From assembly GCA_041671365.1 (NCBI GenBank), contig JBAZBP010000001.1, positions 182,459 through 233,996 on the forward strand: a stretch of DNA of 51,538 nucleotides, given 5' to 3'. Source of the DNA: Patescibacteria group bacterium. GTDB lineage: Bacteria; Patescibacteriota; Patescibacteriia; Patescibacteriales; UBA12465. Made by a program: the position numbers and the translations under genes. How positions within the stretch are numbered: the first letter of the stretch is position 1; every line of letters begins with the position of its first letter. The notes beneath the pieces were generated by a model. It saw only the letters and a program-made list of their open reading frames with translations, was not told the DNA's origin and searched no databases. Of this stretch, positions 16,268-25,581 are shown one piece after another.

Positions 16268-18949
16268 ATGGATACCGATAAATTAATTTTTACCACGGAA
16301 CAAGAAGACGGCGGACGGGGCGCTTGGTTTTTAGGACGTTTTTTATTTTGGAATAAGTCATTAAAACGCTCAATTATTAATTTGGAAAGAAGTCGACAAA
16401 AAATTGATCAAGTGTTGGCTTTTTTTGTTTGGCTAATTATTTTTGGAGGTTGGTTTTTATTTGGAGTGTGGCTATTTAACGAACGAGTAGTTTTGAGTGC
16501 CGATCCATACGTCTTATTATTTTTTTGGCGAAAGTTTAATCCGTTAATATTAGGATTTTTATTATCTTTATGGTTTGATTTATTTATGATTTACCGAACC
16601 AGCCAGGCTAGAGCTGCCATCAAGAAAATTAATTATCGCTTGTTTGCTGATGGGGCAAAAAATTTTTCTCACGGTCGTAAAAAATATAATGTGGCCGCTG
16701 CTTATTCTTATCACGGCTTGCGGGCGGTGGAAAATGCCTATTTGTTGGCTCGTCGTTTAGATCAAGAACAAGTCGAACCTATCCATTTATTTCGAATTTT
16801 ATTAAAAGAGAAAGAAATTCAAAATTTATTTATTCGTTTAAACGTGGACGCCAAGAAAATGATCGATTTGGTCGATCATCATTTAGTTAAACCTATATCC
16901 GCTAAAAATCCTGGAGAAATTAAGCTCTCTCCCGGTTTGCAGGAGGTACTGACTCTTGCTTTTGTTGATGCCTATAATTTAAAACAGGCGAGCGTCGATT
17001 CTTTAAACATTGTTTCTTTCTGTTATGCTCATGACCCGATTTTAGCAGAAATTTTGTATGATTTAGAAATCGATCAAGCTAAAATAATTAATACCGTAGT
17101 TTGGTTCCGAGTTAATCGACGATTAATTGAAAATTATCGTAATTATCGTCGTTTGGCAATTTTAAAACCGGGTAGTAATATGAATCGTGCTTATACGGCG
17201 ATTGCTACTCCGACGCTTGATCATTTTTCTTTTGACTTAACCGTCGCCGCAAAAAATGGTTTTTTGGATATTTGTGTGGGAAGAGATAAAGAGGTGACTC
17301 AGATTTTTGAAGCTTTCATGGGTGGGCATAGCGGTGTTTTGTTGGTCGGTCCGGCCGGGGTTGGTCGCAATACGATTGTTGGCGGTTTAGCCCAGTTAAT
17401 GGTGGAAGAAAATGTGCCGGTCTTTTTAAAAGATAAACGTTTAGTCGAATTAGATGTTTCTAAGCTAGTGGCCGGTGCTGACGCCAGCCAAGCAGAAGAA
17501 CGATTACTTATTAGTTTGAATGAAATTAGTCGGTCGGGTAATATTATTTTATATATTAAAAACATCGAACACTTAATTGGAATTAGTTCCGGTCAAGAAG
17601 GGAGCTTGGATCTTTCTGAGGTTTTAGCGGAAGCGTTAAGTCGTAAAAATTTATATTGTTTAGCCTTGGCTACCACGGAAAATTATGTTCGTTATATCGA
17701 AAACAAATCACTCGGTAATGTGCTAACGACCATTGGCATTAAAGAACCGGATACTAATACCGCCATACAAATTTTAGAAAGTAAAGTGGGAGTTCTGGAA
17801 GCAAAATATAATATTTATATCGTTTATGGCGCTTTAGAGGCGGCCGTAGCTATGTCGTCTCGTTATTTACATGATAAATTTTTGCCTCTAAAAGCTATTA
17901 ATCTATTAGAAAAATCAGTAATAATTACCGCCAATAAAGCTAAAAATAATTCGGCCAGTGGTTTTTGTAGTCAGGAAGAAGTGGCGGCGGCGATTAGTGA
18001 ATTAACGGGAATACCGGTGAATAAAGTAACCGCTTCCGAGAGTCAGAAATTATTAAGTTTGGAGTCGGAAATTCACCGGCGTTTAATCGGTCAAGTTGAG
18101 GCAGTTAGTGCCGTGGCGGCCGCCTTGCGCCGCGCTCGAGCGGAGTTAAAAGACAGCCGACGCCCGATTGCTAGTTTTTTGTTTCTCGGGCCGACTGGTG
18201 TGGGAAAAACCGAATTAGCCAAATCAATCAGTGAAGTTTATTTTGGTAATGAAGATTATTTGGTACGTTTGGATATGAGTGAATATCAGTCGGCCGACAG
18301 TGTGCGCAAAATGATTGGCGATGTTGACGGTACGCTCGGCTATTTGACCGAAGCGGTTCGTAAAAAACCTTTTTCTTTAATACTTTTAGACGAAATTGAA
18401 AAAGCTAATCCGGATATTTTAAATTTATTTTTACAGCTTCTGGACGACGGTCGTTTAACGGATGGCCAAGGTCGTACTATTAGTTTTTCCGAATCAATTA
18501 TCATTGCTACTTCTAATATTGGTGCAGTTTATATTCAGGAACAAATTAAAGCTCACACGGCGGTTAATTTAATCCAGCAGGAATTAATTGATAATCAGCT
18601 TAGTAAATACATGCGGCCGGAGCTCATTAATCGTTTTGATGGAATTATTGTCTTTAGGCCTTTAACCGAGGAAAATATTTTTGCCGTGACGACATTAATG
18701 TTAAAAAAGATCAAAAAAAATTTAGCGGAAAAGGGCATTGGCTTAAAAGCTGATAAGAATGGAGTAGATATTTTAGCTCACGACGGCTATGATCCTAAAT
18801 TTGGCGCCCGCCCTTTGCGGCGCTTATTGCAAAATAGAATTGAAGACATTATTGCTAATAAAATTTTAGCCGGCGAGTTGAAGCGGCGCGATACGGTAGT
18901 TATTAATTCTCGGGCCGAGATTGAGATTATTAAAGCGGCGGAACTATAA
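16268..18949 (+). CDS. Membrane-anchored Clp/Hsp100-family AAA+ protein with degenerate first ATPase module
   Basis: N-terminal hydrophobic helices, then two Clp_N-like repeats. D1 carries GPAGVGRNT and ILYIKNIEH in place of GxxGxGKT and hhhhDE. D2 is intact ([22 protein letters not shown]). Confidence 0.75.
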   Translation: MDTDKLIFTTEQEDGGRGAWFLGRFLFWNKSLKRSIINLERSRQKIDQVLAFFVWLIIFGGWFLFGVWLFNERVVLSADPYVLLFFWRKFNPLILGFLLSLWFDLFMIYRTSQARAAIKKINYRLFADGAKNFSHGRKKYNVAAAYSYHGLRAVENAYLLARRLDQEQVEPIHLFRILLKEKEIQNLFIRLNVDAKKMIDLVDHHLVKPISAKNPGEIKLSPGLQEVLTLAFVDAYNLKQASVDSLNIVSFCYAHDPILAEILYDLEIDQAKIINTVVWFRVNRRLIENYRNYRRLAILKPGSNMNRAYTAIATPTLDHFSFDLTVAAKNGFLDICVGRDKEVTQIFEAFMGGHSGVLLVGPAGVGRNTIVGGLAQLMVEENVPVFLKDKRLVELDVSKLVAGADASQAEERLLISLNEISRSGNIILYIKNIEHLIGISSGQEGSLDLSEVLAEALSRKNLYCLALATTENYVRYIENKSLGNVLTTIGIKEPDTNTAIQILESKVGVLEAKYNIYIVYGALEAAVAMSSRYLHDKFLPLKAINLLEKSVIITANKAKNNSASGFCSQEEVAAAISELTGIPVNKVTASESQKLLSLESEIHRRLIGQVEAVSAVAAALRRARAELKDSRRPIASFLFLGPTGVGKTELAKSISEVYFGNEDYLVRLDMSEYQSADSVRKMIGDVDGTLGYLTEAVRKKPFSLILLDEIEKANPDILNLFLQLLDDGRLTDGQGRTISFSESIIIATSNIGAVYIQEQIKAHTAVNLIQQELIDNQLSKYMRPELINRFDGIIVFRPLTEENIFAVTTLMLKKIKKNLAEKGIGLKADKNGVDILAHDGYDPKFGARPLRRLLQNRIEDIIANKILAGELKRRDTVVINSRAEIEIIKAAEL

Positions 18950-18952
18950 ATT

Positions 18953-20008
18953 ATGTTTTATTTTTTTATTTTTTTATTATCTTTGATAATTACGGCGATT
19001 TTAACTATTTTAGTTAAACGAGCGGCTATCTATTTTAACATTATTGATAAACCAGACAGCCTGGCGTCTTCAGGTGGTGGTCGAAAAATTCACACCTCCG
19101 CCATTCCGCTCTTAGGCGGATTAGCTATTTTTGGGGGTTATTTTTTTTGTTTGTTTCTTTTTTCTCCTTATGTATTTGTTGGTAATTTGCGAGCGAGTCA
19201 TATCATAGGGTTTTTTGTTGGTGCATTTATCTTGGTTGTTGGCGGAACATTGGATGATAAATATAATTTGTCGCCGCGGCAGCAAATTATTTTTCCTCTG
19301 CTAGCCAGTCTGGCCGTTATTTTCGGCGGAGTGGAAATAGCCAAATTAACCAATCCTTTCGGGGGTTTTTTAAATTTACAAGTTCTAGGTTTTATTTCGC
19401 CGTTCTTAATTACGTTTTGGCTTTTGGGTATGATGTATACCACTAAATTATTAGACGGCGTGGATGGGTTAGTAACCGGTATAACGGCGATTGGCGGTTT
19501 TATTATTTTTTTATTTACTCTGACAACTCGTTATTATCAACCGGATATCGCTTTCGCGGCGATTTTATTGGCTGGTGCTTGTTTGGGATTTTTGATTTTT
19601 AACTGGCATCCAGCCAAAATATTTTTAGGTGAAGGCGGCTCCTTGCTGTTGGGTTATATTTTGGGAGTTTTGGCCATTATCTCTGGCGGTAAAATAGCTA
19701 TTGCTCTTTTAATTATGGGCATACCGATTTTGGATGTTGTCTGGACAATTAGCCGACGCCTAGCATCGGGTAAAAACCCTTTTAAATTTGCCGATCGACA
19801 ACATCTGCATCATCGTCTTTTGGCCTTGGGCTTGGGCCAAAGGGCGACTGTTTTAATTTTTTATAGTTTGGCCCTGGTTTTTGGTTTAAGCGGTTTATTT
19901 TTGCAAAGCCGTGGAAAATTTTTAGCTCTCATAATTTTAGTCGGCATTATGCTTTTGATTGTTATTGGTTTTTGGTTTTTAGATTATAATAGAACAAAAA
20001 AAGTTTAG
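18953..20008 (+). CDS. Glycosyltransferase family 4 (MraY/WecA-type polyprenyl-phosphate sugar-1-phosphate transferase)
   Basis: About ten TM helices. Motifs LDDKYNLSP, LDGVDGL and NWHPAKIFLGEGGS. Confidence 0.75.
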   Translation: MFYFFIFLLSLIITAILTILVKRAAIYFNIIDKPDSLASSGGGRKIHTSAIPLLGGLAIFGGYFFCLFLFSPYVFVGNLRASHIIGFFVGAFILVVGGTLDDKYNLSPRQQIIFPLLASLAVIFGGVEIAKLTNPFGGFLNLQVLGFISPFLITFWLLGMMYTTKLLDGVDGLVTGITAIGGFIIFLFTLTTRYYQPDIAFAAILLAGACLGFLIFNWHPAKIFLGEGGSLLLGYILGVLAIISGGKIAIALLIMGIPILDVVWTISRRLASGKNPFKFADRQHLHHRLLALGLGQRATVLIFYSLALVFGLSGLFLQSRGKFLALIILVGIMLLIVIGFWFLDYNRTKKV

Positions 20009-20012
20009 TTTT

Positions 20013-20555
20013 ATGAAAAAATTACTTTTACATATTTGTTGCGCGCCTTGCGGCACTTATATTAGTCGTGATCGTTTAGCGCCTCGCTATGATTTGACTT
20101 GGTATTTTTATAATCCTAATTTAGTGTCTCTAGACGAGTATGAAAAACGCTTGGCGCCGGTCAAATTAATGGCTGATAAATTTGCCTGGTCTTTAATTGT
20201 TGAACCGTATGTTCATTCTTCTTGGTTAAAATTAACGTGCGGTCGGTCTACCGATCCGGAACGCGGTGAGCGTTGTCGCCTTTGTTATCGCGATCGTTTA
20301 ACGCGAACAGCGGCGCTGGCCAAAGAAAATAAATTTGATTTTTTTGGAACGACGCTTTTAGTCAGTCCGTATAAAGACGCAACGGCGATTAGAGCTATCA
20401 GTCGAGAATTATCCCAGGAGTATGGAGTAAATTTTTTAGATGAAGATTTTCAGGCCGATAACGCTTATCGTCGATCGCAGAAGCTAGCCAAAGAATTAGG
20501 ACTTTATCGGCAAAAATTTTGTGGTTGTGAATATTCGTTAAATAAAAAATTATGA
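20013..20555 (+). CDS. queH: Epoxyqueuosine reductase QueH (DUF208)
   Basis: LLLHICCAPCGTY N-terminus and the C-terminal CGCEYS cysteine motif. Confidence 0.8.
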   Translation: MKKLLLHICCAPCGTYISRDRLAPRYDLTWYFYNPNLVSLDEYEKRLAPVKLMADKFAWSLIVEPYVHSSWLKLTCGRSTDPERGERCRLCYRDRLTRTAALAKENKFDFFGTTLLVSPYKDATAIRAISRELSQEYGVNFLDEDFQADNAYRRSQKLAKELGLYRQKFCGCEYSLNKKL

Positions 20556-21265
20556 AAAATTATCGGCTCTGGCCAGTAATTGGTTTAAGTGTATTTTTTT
20601 TGGGAATTATCTTTGTCAGAGCGGAAATAACCTGGGCTCAAGTTAAAATTAAGACTGATTTCGATTCTGATTCTGACGGTTATACCGATGCGGCCGAAAT
20701 TAAAAATGGTTATTCACCGTATAATCCCGAAAAAGTAAAGATTGAGAAAAGTGACGTTGATCAGGATGGGCTAAGCGATTATTGGGAATTAAAATTTGAA
20801 ACTGAGCCCTTGAATCCCGATACGGACGGCGACGGTTTTAAAGACGGAGAAGAGGTTGATCTAGCTTATAATCCTTTATCCTCATCTACTAAAAAATTAT
20901 CCCAGAAGATAGAAATAAATTTAAAGAAACAGCAGCTAACTTATTTCGTGGCCGACCAACCCTGGAAACAATTTACCGTTTCTACAGGCAAGGCTAGCAT
21001 GCCGACGCCTCAGGGTAGTTTTAAAATTTTAAATAAAGTTAAAAAAGCTTGGTCAAAAACTTACGGTTTGTGGATGCCTTATTGGCTTGGCTTAAATCGT
21101 GGTGAATTTGGAATGCATGAATTACCAATTTGGCCGAGTGGTTATCGTGAGGGAGCTAGTCATCTTGGTATCCCGGTTTCTCATGGCTGTATTCGTTTGG
21201 GCATTGGTTCGGCACAATATATTTATGATCGAGTAGCTACCGGAACCTTGGTGATTATAAAATAA
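20552..21265 (+). CDS. L,D-transpeptidase (YkuD domain) with N-terminal calcium-binding TSP3-like repeats
   Basis: Signal/TM segment. Repeats DSDSDGYTD, DVDQDGLSD and DTDGDGFKDGEE. Catalytic SHGCIRL motif. ATGA start/stop overlap with queH. Confidence 0.85.
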   Translation: MKNYRLWPVIGLSVFFLGIIFVRAEITWAQVKIKTDFDSDSDGYTDAAEIKNGYSPYNPEKVKIEKSDVDQDGLSDYWELKFETEPLNPDTDGDGFKDGEEVDLAYNPLSSSTKKLSQKIEINLKKQQLTYFVADQPWKQFTVSTGKASMPTPQGSFKILNKVKKAWSKTYGLWMPYWLGLNRGEFGMHELPIWPSGYREGASHLGIPVSHGCIRLGIGSAQYIYDRVATGTLVIIK

Positions 21266-21318
21266 AAAAAATTATGTTATAATCATGATAATAAGGTTAA
21301 CGCTAGATTTTTTGTATT

Positions 21319-23580
21319 ATGTCAAAAAAATTTTTTAAATTATCTCTAATTTTAACGATTACAGCAGTTTTTGTTAGCGGCTGTACTTTCCCCTGGCAAA
21401 AAAAACCACTATCGCCAATAATTAATCAGGCACCGATTGGTGCTAATGCGGCCACCTCGACTACTGGTACGGTTTATACTAATCAATTAAAGAAATTTAA
21501 TAATTACCAGGAATTATCTCAGTTCTTAAGTGATAATAATTCGGATAACGGCAACTCTTATCGGCTTATAGCCGGTAGTGCCGATATAACTGATAGCGTA
21601 CCTAATAATTATTTGGGCCAAGCGCCAATCGCCGACACCCTGACTGGTTATGATCAGGCGGATATTATTAAATCAGACGGTAAATATATTTATGCCTTGG
21701 CACGTAATGAATTATCAATTATTAAAATTACGACGGCCAGCGAAGCTGAAGTAGTAAGCAAAATCACTTTTAAATCTCGGCCGCAAGCTATGTTATTAAG
21801 TGGTAATTTTTTGGCAGTTTACGGAACAGACACCGCTCAATCTTTTTCTCAGACTTCTAAAAATCAGAGCCCTTATACTTTTTTAAAAGTATTTGACATT
21901 AGCGATCAAGCCAGCCCGAAGCAAATGCGAGATTTAAGTTTCGAGGGTTCCTACGTCGACGCTCGTTTGATTAATAATTATGTTTATTTTTTAATTAATA
22001 CGTCCAGTAACTATTTGACTGGTGATCAAATAATTCCTCGAGTTTTAGATAATGGTCAAGTTTTAGCGACTAGTTGCGGGGGCGAGGCCAAATGTCTTGC
22101 GCCGGAAATTTACTATTTTGATATTCCTTATAATGCTTATAGCCTAACGAGTGTTATTGCTATTAATCTTAAAGACAACGCCGCGGCTTTAAGCGGGCAA
22201 ATCTATATTGTTGATAATGAGCATAGTTTTTATTTGACCCCCAATAATCTTAATATTATTTATACTCCAGTCATTAATATTGACGCCTTTAAAAGAGCGG
22301 CTAAGCGAGAATTAGTTTATCCTAAATTAGTGGCTGCGGATCAGGAACAAATTAATAAAATTGAAACAGCTTCCGATTTTATTTTGAATAATAATGAGAA
22401 AGAAATTAAAGTGTCAGGAATAATCGATCGGTTTTTGTTTTCTTTAAAAACGGACGATCAGTCGGCTTGGCGGGCCGCTATTAGTAGTAGTACTGATCAG
22501 AAATTAAATCTTGCCTCCTCAGTTATTGACCGGACCTATATTTATAAAATGGCGATCAAGGATAATCAGTTGACTTACCGTGCCTTTGGTCAAGTTAATG
22601 GAACCATTTTAAATGATTCGTCCCTAGATGAAAATGGTGATTATCTTCGTTTAGTTACAACCAATAAACAACAACCGCCGGATTTAAATGCTACGTCGAC
22701 CGATTACTATAACAATATTTATGTGCTTGGACCGGATTTACAGATAGTCGGCAGTTTAGAGAATTTAACCACGGCGTCAGAAATTTATAATACCCGTTTT
22801 CTTGGTAATCGTCTTTATTTAACTACTTTAAAATCAGATGATCCGCTTTTTGCTATTAGTTTAAATGACCCGACCAAGCCGACAGTATTGGGAGCGCTAA
22901 AGGTCCCCGGAATTTCAAATTATTTGCAGCCGCTTGATTCTAACGGTAACAAGTTTGCGGTTTTTAGTCGCAGCGGTGAAATCAATTATAGTGATGGGAC
23001 AAAAACTACTGGGTTTACCGGGTCTTTATTCGATTTTACTGATTTAAGTAAACCCCAAGAATTAGCCAGCTATCTGATCGGAGATTCTTCTACTGATTCT
23101 ATCGCGTCAAGCGATCACCAGGCTCTTTTTTATTCCCCTGATAAAAGTTTGTTGTCTCTTCCGGTTGCTTTACAAAATAGTAAAGGGAAGGTAGATTTTT
23201 CTGGCGCCCTAGTGTTTGGTTTTAATAATAATGAATTTAACCTGCGGGGCAGGATTGATCATTCGGCGGGAGGGTATTTCGATCAAACGGATAATTGGTC
23301 CGGATTTAATTATTATGATAATACCGTTAAGCGTAGTTTAGTTGTTGGTGACAATTTAGTTACTTTTTCTAATAAATTTTTGGATATTAATAATCTATCT
23401 GATTTAAAATCAGTCGCCAGTATAAAATTAACAACGGCCGGAGATAACGATGTGGTTGCATCGGCCGTGGAAACGGCCACGACGACCGATAATATTGTTT
23501 CGGAGGCCATGGCCACTACAACCGATGATGTCGCTACGACCACTGATAACGCCACCGCCGCGAGTTCTACCCGGCCTTAA
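21319..23580 (+). CDS. Beta-propeller-domain lipoprotein (COG4880-like secreted protein)
   Basis: Lipobox VSGC. The central motif RFLGNRLYLTTLKSDDPLFAISLNDPTKPTVLGALKVPGISNYLQP is typical of the secreted beta-propeller family. The tail is Thr/Ala-rich. Confidence 0.65.
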   Translation: MSKKFFKLSLILTITAVFVSGCTFPWQKKPLSPIINQAPIGANAATSTTGTVYTNQLKKFNNYQELSQFLSDNNSDNGNSYRLIAGSADITDSVPNNYLGQAPIADTLTGYDQADIIKSDGKYIYALARNELSIIKITTASEAEVVSKITFKSRPQAMLLSGNFLAVYGTDTAQSFSQTSKNQSPYTFLKVFDISDQASPKQMRDLSFEGSYVDARLINNYVYFLINTSSNYLTGDQIIPRVLDNGQVLATSCGGEAKCLAPEIYYFDIPYNAYSLTSVIAINLKDNAAALSGQIYIVDNEHSFYLTPNNLNIIYTPVINIDAFKRAAKRELVYPKLVAADQEQINKIETASDFILNNNEKEIKVSGIIDRFLFSLKTDDQSAWRAAISSSTDQKLNLASSVIDRTYIYKMAIKDNQLTYRAFGQVNGTILNDSSLDENGDYLRLVTTNKQQPPDLNATSTDYYNNIYVLGPDLQIVGSLENLTTASEIYNTRFLGNRLYLTTLKSDDPLFAISLNDPTKPTVLGALKVPGISNYLQPLDSNGNKFAVFSRSGEINYSDGTKTTGFTGSLFDFTDLSKPQELASYLIGDSSTDSIASSDHQALFYSPDKSLLSLPVALQNSKGKVDFSGALVFGFNNNEFNLRGRIDHSAGGYFDQTDNWSGFNYYDNTVKRSLVVGDNLVTFSNKFLDINNLSDLKSVASIKLTTAGDNDVVASAVETATTTDNIVSEAMATTTDDVATTTDNATAASSTRP

Positions 23581-23593
23581 TTATTTTTTTATT

Positions 23594-24355
23594 ATGAAAT
23601 ACAAACGTCTTATTCCTTTGATTGTCCCGGTGCTCGTTTGGTTGCTAGCTGAAGTTTTTTTAGCTCAACCAAAATTTTTTTATTTTTCCTTAACTTTCAG
23701 CGTATTGTTGTTGATATTAGGCATCAAGTATATTAGCGGTCAATCTAGAAAAATTTGGTCATTATTTATCATTTCCCCGGTTTTATTTTTACTTAGTTTT
23801 CTGACTTATACCGCTATAATAGTAAATTATTTTTGGATTCAAACTATCTATCTTTTGGTTGTCTGGTTTACCTTTTTTTATTTACGTAATTTTTATTATT
23901 ATTCGACAAATTTAGAAGATAGGGCCGTGTGGATGGCCAAGCAAGATAACTTATTAATTTCCGGAGGATTTTTAACCGCCTTTGCCACTGCGGCCGTACT
24001 TTTTGATTTGTCGGCCTTTATTACTTGGCCAATATATGTTATGTTGCCACTTTGGGCATTAGTAGTTTGGTTGCTATTGATTCAATTTCGTCCGCTCAAG
24101 CCGGATAATTCTTGGCCGGTGGGCGGCTTAATTCCTATTAGTGTTTTGATTTTGACGGAATTGGCTGGAGTCTTTTCACTTCTTCCTTTAAATTATAATA
24201 TTTTAGCTTTATTTTTGGCGATTATTTATTATATAGATTTAATGATTATTCGTTTGATAATCAGCGGTGCCTTAAATCGTCGCGCCTTAAAATTACCTTT
24301 AATTCTAAGTTTTATGGCAATTTTATTTTTATTTTTAACGGCTAGCTGGCTTTAA
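23594..24355 (+). CDS. Polytopic membrane protein, unknown function
   Basis: Start moved to ATG 23594 (MKYKRLIP...) to remove the overlap with the upstream gene. About seven hydrophobic helices. Confidence 0.5.
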   Translation: MKYKRLIPLIVPVLVWLLAEVFLAQPKFFYFSLTFSVLLLILGIKYISGQSRKIWSLFIISPVLFLLSFLTYTAIIVNYFWIQTIYLLVVWFTFFYLRNFYYYSTNLEDRAVWMAKQDNLLISGGFLTAFATAAVLFDLSAFITWPIYVMLPLWALVVWLLLIQFRPLKPDNSWPVGGLIPISVLILTELAGVFSLLPLNYNILALFLAIIYYIDLMIIRLIISGALNRRALKLPLILSFMAILFLFLTASWL

Positions 24356-24364
24356 CTTTTATTT

Positions 24365-25546
24365 ATGTCTATTCTTAATTCATCAAAACCCGATCGTAAT
24401 TTTTGGACTTTAGTAATTATTGCGGTAACCTGCGGCATTTTTGCTGGTGTTTTTGGGGAAATTATTGCTAAAGTATATATTTCTTCCGATATTTATTCTC
24501 CTTTTTCTAGCGAAATAAATTTAGCTAATTTGAATACCAGTAATGCCGGGTTAGTTATTCGTAACGCCCAGAAAGTAGTAGTCAATCAGGATGTTAAAAC
24601 CACGGAAACTATCAATAATATCAAACCGGGATTGGTTGGTATTTTTAAAACGATTGGCCTTGATAAAGCTACGAGCAGTTTAATAAAGAGCGCGGAAAAT
24701 AATCGACCGTCGGATTATTATAAATTAGATCAGCCTTTATTTATCGGTTTAATTATTACTTCCGATGGCTGGGTGGTGGCTTTGGCGCCCAGTGAGCTGA
24801 AAACCGATTTTAAATTTAAAGATTATGTGGTCATTAAGAGCGATCGTCAAATATATAAAATTGATCAAGTGGCTGATTTTAAAAAATTACCGGGAGATTT
24901 GTTGGTTTTTCATTTAGCCGGTGCCGCTAATTTACCGATTAAAAAAATCGTGGCGCGAACCGATTTAAGCTTAGGTCAAAGTTTATTAATTGTTAATGGA
25001 ATAAATACGGTTTGGCCGACTACTTTAATTTCATTGGTTAAGATGCCGGCGGTTTTAAGCAGTGACGCCTTAAATGTTAATTTAAATATAGCGGACGGAA
25101 CAAATGTGAATTTTAAAAATTCTTTTGTTTTTAATTTAGCTGGTGATTTAACGGCCATTATTACGGCCAACCAGGAAATTGTCCCGGCTTTTTCTTATAA
25201 GGACTCTTGGTCGGCTTTATCGCAAAAAATTATAGTTCCTCGACCTTTTTTAGGAGTTAATTATTTAGATTTAAGTTTGGTCGAAACGGCCACTCTTCGT
25301 TTAAACCAAGGTGCTTGGTTATACCCGACGGCCACTCAGCCGGCAGTAATTAAAAATAGTCCGGCAGAATTAGCCGGTTTGCAGGCGGGCGATGTTATCA
25401 CCTGGATTAATAATCAGGTAATTGACGCTAATAATGATTTAGCCGATTTATTATCCACTTATAAGGCCGGCGACACGATCACCTTAACTTATTGGCGCGC
25501 TGGCGCAGAGAAATTTGCCGATATTAAGTTGGGAGAATTGAAATAA
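24365..25546 (+). CDS. Membrane-anchored HtrA-like protein with C-terminal PDZ domain (catalytic residues apparently absent)
   Basis: N-terminal TM helix. PDZ motif SPAELAGLQAGDVITWINN. FNLAGDL sits where GNSGGPL is expected. No His in the TNNHV-equivalent segment (VVALAPSEL). Confidence 0.55.
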   Translation: MSILNSSKPDRNFWTLVIIAVTCGIFAGVFGEIIAKVYISSDIYSPFSSEINLANLNTSNAGLVIRNAQKVVVNQDVKTTETINNIKPGLVGIFKTIGLDKATSSLIKSAENNRPSDYYKLDQPLFIGLIITSDGWVVALAPSELKTDFKFKDYVVIKSDRQIYKIDQVADFKKLPGDLLVFHLAGAANLPIKKIVARTDLSLGQSLLIVNGINTVWPTTLISLVKMPAVLSSDALNVNLNIADGTNVNFKNSFVFNLAGDLTAIITANQEIVPAFSYKDSWSALSQKIIVPRPFLGVNYLDLSLVETATLRLNQGAWLYPTATQPAVIKNSPAELAGLQAGDVITWINNQVIDANNDLADLLSTYKAGDTITLTYWRAGAEKFADIKLGELK

Positions 25547-25581
25547 TTTTTGTTGCTTGTTTGTCGGCCGGCGATTGATTG

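Noticed and set aside
23450-23593. N-terminal extension of the membrane-protein ORF (track start 23450), overlapping the end of the beta-propeller gene by about 130 nt.
   Set aside because: The extension is Pro/Arg-rich and reads the alternate frame of the Thr/Ala-rich tail of the upstream gene. ATG 23594 starts right after the upstream stop and leads straight into a signal/TM segment.
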